Assembly (NCBI GenBank): GCA_963779415.1
Contig: CAVZYA010000003.1
Coordinates: 288,001 to 352,000 of the forward strand
DNA: 64,000 nt
DNA from: an uncultured Acidobacteriota bacterium
GTDB lineage: Bacteria; Acidobacteriota; Thermoanaerobaculia; UBA5066
Direction: 5' to 3'
The notes under the pieces were generated by a model that did not search any database, was not told where the DNA came from, and was given only the letters and a program-made list of their open reading frames with translations. The position numbers and the translations under genes are program-made. How positions within the stretch are numbered: position 1 is the first letter of the stretch; each line of letters begins with the position of its first letter. Of the stretch, positions 58,814 through 64,000 are shown one piece after another.

Positions 58814-60495
58814 GTACATCTTCATTACCGGCGGCGTGGTCTCGGGCCTCGGAAAGGGAATCGCGGCGGCTTCGATGGGCGCCCTCCTCGAGGCCCGGGG
58901 ATTCAAGGTCACCCTCCAGAAGTTCGACCCGTACATCAACGTCGATCCCGGCACGATGTCCCCGTTCCAGCACGGCGAGGTCTACGTGACGGACGACGGC
59001 GCCGAGACCGACCTCGACCTCGGGCATTACGAGCGCTTCACGTCGGCAATCACGGGAAAGGCGAACAGCATCTCGACGGGGAAGATCTACCAGGCCGTCA
59101 TCGAGAAGGAGCGGCGAGGCGATTACCTCGGAAAGACCGTGCAGGTCATTCCGCACATCACGGACGAGATCAAGGACGGGATTCGCCGCGTGGCCGGCGA
59201 CAACGACGTCGTCCTCGTCGAAATCGGCGGTACGGTGGGCGACATCGAGTCGCTCCCTTTCCTCGAGGCGATCCGGCAGTTCCGGCAGGACGTCGGGCGC
59301 GGCAACGCGATCAACGTCCACCTGACCCTCGTCCCCCACATCGCCGCCTCGGACGAGCTGAAGACGAAGCCGACGCAGCATTCCGTGAAGGAGCTCCTCT
59401 CCATCGGGATCCAGCCCGACATCCTCCTCTGCCGGGCCGACCGTGCCGATCCCCGAGGAGATGAAGAAGAAGATCTCTCTTTTCTGCAACGTGGATGAGA
59501 GGGCCGTCATCACGGCCCAGGACGTTCCGAGCATCTACGAGGTCCCCCTCGCCTTCGCCCGCGAGGGCCTCGACGAGATCCTTCTCGACTACCTCTCGCT
59601 CCCCCACTACACGCGCGATCTCGCGAAGTGGGAGCAGATCGTGAACCGCGTGAAGAACCCGGCCGAGGAGGTCACGATCGCCATCTGCGGGAAGTACGTC
59701 CAGCTGGGCGACAGCTACAAGTCGCTGAACGAGGCGCTCCACCACGGCGGCATCGCGAACGGCCTGAAGGCGAAGCTCGTCTTCGTCGATTCCGAAGAGC
59801 TGGAGGCGAGCGGCTTCCCGGATACGCTCGTGAGCGCGGACGCCATCCTGATCCCCGGCGGCTTCGGCAAGCGCGGGATCGAGGGGAAGATCCAGGCGAT
59901 CCGGTATGCGCGCGAGATGAAGGTGCCGTTCTTCGGCATCTGCCTCGGGATGCAGTGCGCCGTGATCGAGTACGCCCGGCACGTCGTGGGGCTCGAGCAT
60001 GCGAACTCCACCGAGTTCGATCCGGACGCGCCGCACAAGGTCATCTACAAGCTTCGCGACCTCCTGAAGGTGGAGGCCCTCGGCGGGACGATGCGGCTCG
60101 GCAAGTACCCGTGCGACCTCGCGGAGGGCTCCCTCGCGCGCCGCTGCTACGGCGAGGCCCAGATCTGGGAGCGCCACCGTCACCGGTACGAGGTGAACCA
60201 GGAGTACCTCGGCCCCCTCCGGAGCGCCGGAATGAGCTTCGCGGGGATGTCGCCCGACCGGAAGTTCGTGGAGATGGTCGAGCTGACGGATCACCCCTGG
60301 TTCCTCGGCTGCCAGTTCCACCCCGAGTTCAAGAGCAAGCCGACCGTGCCGCATCCTCTCTTCAGGGACTTCGTCCGCGCGGCGCGGGCTCACAAGCACG
60401 CTCGGCGGCAGGGAGCCGAGCGGACGGCGTCGGAGCTCTCCCCCGTCGTCGAGGCCCCGGCCCATCTCCCGACCCCGAACGGCGAATCCGCCTGA
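58803..60495 (+). CDS. pyrG: CTP synthase (apparent frameshift near 59442)
   Basis: '[16 protein letters not shown]', 'KTKPTQHSV', then 'PGGFG.RG', 'GICLGMQ', 'ERHRHRYE', 'QFHPE' in a second frame. Confidence 0.95.
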
Positions 60496-60564
60496 AGAGG
60501 GCCCGAAGGCCGGAGCTTCTCCTCGCGGCGGTCCCTGCAGGCGCTGCTACGATGGAGGGCGCCC

Positions 60565-61404
60565 ATGAAGGTCTTCGCGTCGATCACCCCTCATCTCTCC
60601 GTCGGTGACCGCTGCCGCCCCGTCTTCTTCGCCGGGCCGTGCGTCCTCGAGTCGCGAGCGCACGCCCTGAAGATGGCGAGGGAAATCAAGAAGGTCTTCA
60701 CCGATCTCGGCGCCGCCGACCGGCTCGTCTTCAAGTCCTCGTTCGACAAGGCGAACCGGAGCGCGGGCGACTCGTTCCGGGGTCCCGGTCTCGAGAAGGG
60801 GCTTTCGATCCTGTCGGAGGTGAAGGAGAAGACGGACCTTCCTGTCGTGACCGACGTCCACGAGCCCGAGCAGTGCGCGATCGCCGCCGAGGTCGCCGAC
60901 GTCCTCCAGATCCCGGCGTTCCTCTGCCGGCAGACCGACCTCATCCTCGCCGCCGCGGGGACGGGGAGGGCGCTGAACGTGAAGAAGGGGCAGTTCCTCG
61001 CCCCGGACGACGCCAAGCAGATCGTCGAGAAGTGCCGCGCCGCGGGAAACGGGAACATGATTCTCTGCGAGCGCGGGACGACCTTCGGCTACCACAACCT
61101 CGTCGTCGACTTCCGCGCGCTCCCCATGATGCGCGCGCTCGGCGTCCCGGTGATCTACGACGCGACGCACTCCCTCCAGCTCCCGGGCGGCCTCGGGACG
61201 GAGACGGGGGGCTCCCGCGAGTACGCCCCCGCTCTCGCACGCGCCGCCGCCGCCGTCGGCGCCGACGGCTACTTCTTCGAGGTCCACGACGACCCGGCGC
61301 ACGCGAAGTCCGACCGCGCCACGCAGCTCCCCCTCGCGACCCTCCCGAAGTTCCTCTCGGACCTCCTGAAGTTCGACGCCCTCCGGCGCGAGACGAACCC
61401 TTAG
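60565..61404 (+). CDS. kdsA: KDO-8-phosphate synthase
   Basis: 'AGPCVLES', 'KSSFDKANRS', 'QIPAFLCRQTDL', 'NVKKGQF', 'DATHS'. Confidence 0.97.
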   Translation: MKVFASITPHLSVGDRCRPVFFAGPCVLESRAHALKMAREIKKVFTDLGAADRLVFKSSFDKANRSAGDSFRGPGLEKGLSILSEVKEKTDLPVVTDVHEPEQCAIAAEVADVLQIPAFLCRQTDLILAAAGTGRALNVKKGQFLAPDDAKQIVEKCRAAGNGNMILCERGTTFGYHNLVVDFRALPMMRALGVPVIYDATHSLQLPGGLGTETGGSREYAPALARAAAAVGADGYFFEVHDDPAHAKSDRATQLPLATLPKFLSDLLKFDALRRETNP

Positions 61405-61455
61405 GAGAGTCGCGCCCCACAGACGTCGACTCGAGCGGCCCTTCTCGCCGGCTGA

Positions 61456-63756
61456 GTGACAATGGCGCGGGAGAGTGCTGGCATAGGCATCCAACCGGGG
61501 ACACGACTGGGGCCTTACGAGGTCGTTTCGCTGCTCGGCGCTGGCGGAATGGGCGAGGTGTATCGCGCCCGCGACCCGCGCCTCGGCCGCGAGGTCGCGA
61601 TCAAGACGATCGCTCCCCATCTCGGCGGCGGGCCGGAGGCGCTCGCCCGATTCCAGCGCGAGGCCCGGACGATCGCGGCCCTGACCCATCCGAACATCCT
61701 GGCCGTCTTCGACGTGGGAACCCACGAAGACGTCTGGTTTCTCGTGACGGAGCTGCTCGAAGGGGAGACCCTGGGCGAGAGGCTCTCACGCAACGTCCTC
61801 CCCTGGACGAAAGCGGTCGACATCGCGGCGGCCGTGGCCGAGGGGCTCGCGGACGCCCATGCGCACGGGATCGTCCACCGCGACCTCAAGCCGGGAAATC
61901 TGTTCCTGACGTCGGAGGGACGGGTCAAGATCCTCGACTTCGGCCTGGCCCGGCGGATCCTCTCCGCGGCCGCTGCCGGGGACGCGGAGGCGCCGACGCT
62001 CGCGCCCTCCACGGAGCCCGGGACGATCCTGGGCACCGTCCTCTACATGTCGCCGGAGCAGGTCGAGGGCGGGCCGCTCGACGCCCGCTCGGACATCTAC
62101 TCGCTCGGATCCGTCCTCTACGAAATGCTCGCCGGGAAGCCTCCCTTCCCGTCCACGTCGCCTGGCGGAACGATGGCGGCCATCCTGCGTGATCCTCCGC
62201 CGCCGATCCCCGGGGACCGGCAGGCGCTCCCGGCCGGCCTCGAACGCGTCGTGTGGCGCTGTCTCGAAAAGAACCCGGACGAGCGGTTCCAGTCGGCCCG
62301 GGATCTGGCATTCGCGCTCCGGGCCTTTTCCCGCGGCGCGGCGCCGACCGCTGAGGAGGCCGCAGTCCGGAGGGGTCCCCCGTCCGTAGCCGTCCTTCCG
62401 TTCCGTAATCTCAGCGCCGATCCGGAGAACGAGTTCTTTGTCGACGGGATCCTGGAGGACGTGATCGCGCATTTGTCGAAAATCCGCTCCCTGAAGGTGA
62501 TTTCCCGGTCGTCGGTGATGCCCTTCAAGGACCGGGAGCAGAGCCCGCGGGAGATCGGGACGACTCTGGGCGCTTCTGCGATCCTGGAAGGGAGCGTCCG
62601 GCGCGCCGGGAATCGCGTGCGCATCGTCGCGCAGCTCATCGAGGCCCGGACGAACGAGCACATCTGGGCCGAAACCTACGACCGCGAGCTCACCGACATC
62701 TTCGCGATTCAGACCGACGTCGCCTTCCAGATCGCCGCGGCATTGAAGGCGGAGCTCTCTCTCGACGAGCGGCGCCGGATCCAGAGGACTCCGACTCGCG
62801 ATCTCCGCGCCTATCAGCTCTACCTTCAGGGGAGGTACTGCCACAGCCGGTACACCGAGGAGGGGTTCCGAAAGGGCATCGGCTACTTCGAGGAGGCGAT
62901 CGCCGCGGACCCGGAGTTTGCGCTGGCGCACGCGGGGCTGGCGCTGGCGTATGCCGAGCTCGGCCAGGAACAGGGCTCCGGGGCGCTCAAACCCGCGGAG
63001 GCCTTTCGAAGGGCCCGGGAAGCCGTCGCGAAGGCGCTGGCGCTCGACAACGCGCTCGCGGAAGCGCACGGCGTCGTGGCGCTTCTGAAGTTCATATGCG
63101 ATTACGACTGGGTCGGCGCCGAACGGGAATTCCAGCGCGCGCTCGAGCTCAGTCCGGGGAGCGCGGACCTCCACGATCACTACGGATGGCTCTGTTCGGC
63201 GCTCGGGCGATACGACGACGCGATCCGGCTCGTGAAGCGCGCGCAGGAGCTGGACCCGCTGACCCATCGTTCGGATCTCGCCAACGAACTGCTCCGGGCG
63301 GGTCGGATCGCTGAGGCGCTGGCGCTCGCCGAGCGGCTCGTCGAATTCGAGCCCGACTACCCGAGGGGCCACTCGATCTCGGGCTGGGCCCTCATCGCGA
63401 TGGGCCGCAGCCGCGAAGGACTCGAGGCGCTCGAGCGGGCCGCCGCGCTGAGCCCGGAGAGCACGACCTTCCTGGGACAGCTTGGCCAGGCGTACGGGAT
63501 GACCGGCGAGGAGGCGAAGGCCCGGGACGTTCTCGCGTGCCTTCACGCCCTGTCTCTGACCCGCACCATCTCCCCGTACGCCTTCGCTTACGTTCACACC
63601 GGCCTCGGCGAGAACGACCTGGCTCTCGACTGGCTCGAAAGGGCCTACGAGCAGGGGTCGGGTCCGATCTACGGAATCAAGGGTTCGTTCCTGTTCCGGA
63701 GCCTCCGGTCGCATCCCAGATTCACGGCGCTCCTCCGGAAGATGAACCTCGCCTGA
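61456..63756 (+). CDS. Hanks-type Ser/Thr kinase with TolB-like and TPR domains
   Basis: 'LGAGGMGEVY', 'VAIK', 'HRDLKPGN', 'DFG', 'YMSPE'; 'SVAVLPFRNLS'; TPR repeats. Confidence 0.93.
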   Translation: MTMARESAGIGIQPGTRLGPYEVVSLLGAGGMGEVYRARDPRLGREVAIKTIAPHLGGGPEALARFQREARTIAALTHPNILAVFDVGTHEDVWFLVTELLEGETLGERLSRNVLPWTKAVDIAAAVAEGLADAHAHGIVHRDLKPGNLFLTSEGRVKILDFGLARRILSAAAAGDAEAPTLAPSTEPGTILGTVLYMSPEQVEGGPLDARSDIYSLGSVLYEMLAGKPPFPSTSPGGTMAAILRDPPPPIPGDRQALPAGLERVVWRCLEKNPDERFQSARDLAFALRAFSRGAAPTAEEAAVRRGPPSVAVLPFRNLSADPENEFFVDGILEDVIAHLSKIRSLKVISRSSVMPFKDREQSPREIGTTLGASAILEGSVRRAGNRVRIVAQLIEARTNEHIWAETYDRELTDIFAIQTDVAFQIAAALKAELSLDERRRIQRTPTRDLRAYQLYLQGRYCHSRYTEEGFRKGIGYFEEAIAADPEFALAHAGLALAYAELGQEQGSGALKPAEAFRRAREAVAKALALDNALAEAHGVVALLKFICDYDWVGAEREFQRALELSPGSADLHDHYGWLCSALGRYDDAIRLVKRAQELDPLTHRSDLANELLRAGRIAEALALAERLVEFEPDYPRGHSISGWALIAMGRSREGLEALERAAALSPESTTFLGQLGQAYGMTGEEAKARDVLACLHALSLTRTISPYAFAYVHTGLGENDLALDWLERAYEQGSGPIYGIKGSFLFRSLRSHPRFTALLRKMNLA

Positions 63757-63790
63757 AGCGCAGCAAAGGGAAAACGACCGGAGCTCCAGC

Positions 63791-64000
63791 ATGAACGCGA
63801 GCCCTGCGGCCACCGCCTTCGCCATCTCCTTCCGACGCGTTACCGTCCGCCGCGGCCGCGAGCTCGCGCTCGACGGCGTCACCTTCGACGTTCCGGCGGG
63901 CTCGGTCTTCGCCCTCCTCGGGCCGGAGGGTTCCGGCCGCTCGGCCCTGCTCCGGTGCCCCCTCGGACGGGTGAAGCCCGACGCGGGGACCTGTTTCGTC
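63791..64000 (+). CDS. ABC transporter ATP-binding protein, 3'-partial
   Basis: 'ALDGVTFDVPAGSVFALLGPEGSGRS' (variant Walker A); runs off the window edge. Confidence 0.7.
   Translation, partial: MNASPAATAFAISFRRVTVRRGRELALDGVTFDVPAGSVFALLGPEGSGRSALLRCPLGRVKPDAGTCFV

Noticed and set aside
61456-63756. Kinase-TolB-like-TPR protein as a novel system
   Set aside because: This architecture is common and expanded in Acidobacteriota and similar phyla; nothing distinctive is visible here.

Overview
High-GC bacterial chromosomal window. Gene content suggests Acidobacteriota, possibly Thermoanaerobaculia-like (inference). Core modules: the 3' part of an alternative complex III (actC-G) + SCO + A2-type caa3 oxidase operon; glgP; arcBC; msrA/macro/tag; a stand-alone dnaE2; a HepT/MntA toxin-antitoxin pair; the yceD-rpmF-plsX-fabHDG-acpP-fabF operon; a GT4/WcaJ surface-polysaccharide cluster; MoxR-DUF58-transglutaminase; manC, pgpA, recA, purH, lolA, yajQ and a polyprenyl synthase; kdsB-pyrG-kdsA; and a Hanks kinase-TPR protein. 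Apparent indels break coxC, glgP, fabD, wcaJ, pyrG and an M28 peptidase, which most likely reflects sequencing error. The most notable signal lies in the ~1.5 kb lower-GC island at 12.4-13.9 kb. It holds a solitary integron-type gene cassette whose attC is interrupted by the non-coding right end of an IS1111-type (IS110 family) element. That end looks like an orphan bridge/seekRNA locus with readable guide matches to its own target and donor junctions, and no transposase is present in the window. Other oddities: an FHA-TM-trypsin protease coupled to a pseudokinase carrying a bL12-CTD-like domain and to glgP; an in-frame palindromic insert in dnaE2; a direct-repeat operator in the dnaE2 promoter; an active/inactive M28 peptidase pair; and many apparently leaderless promoters. 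All family calls come from motif recognition by eye; no database searches were run.
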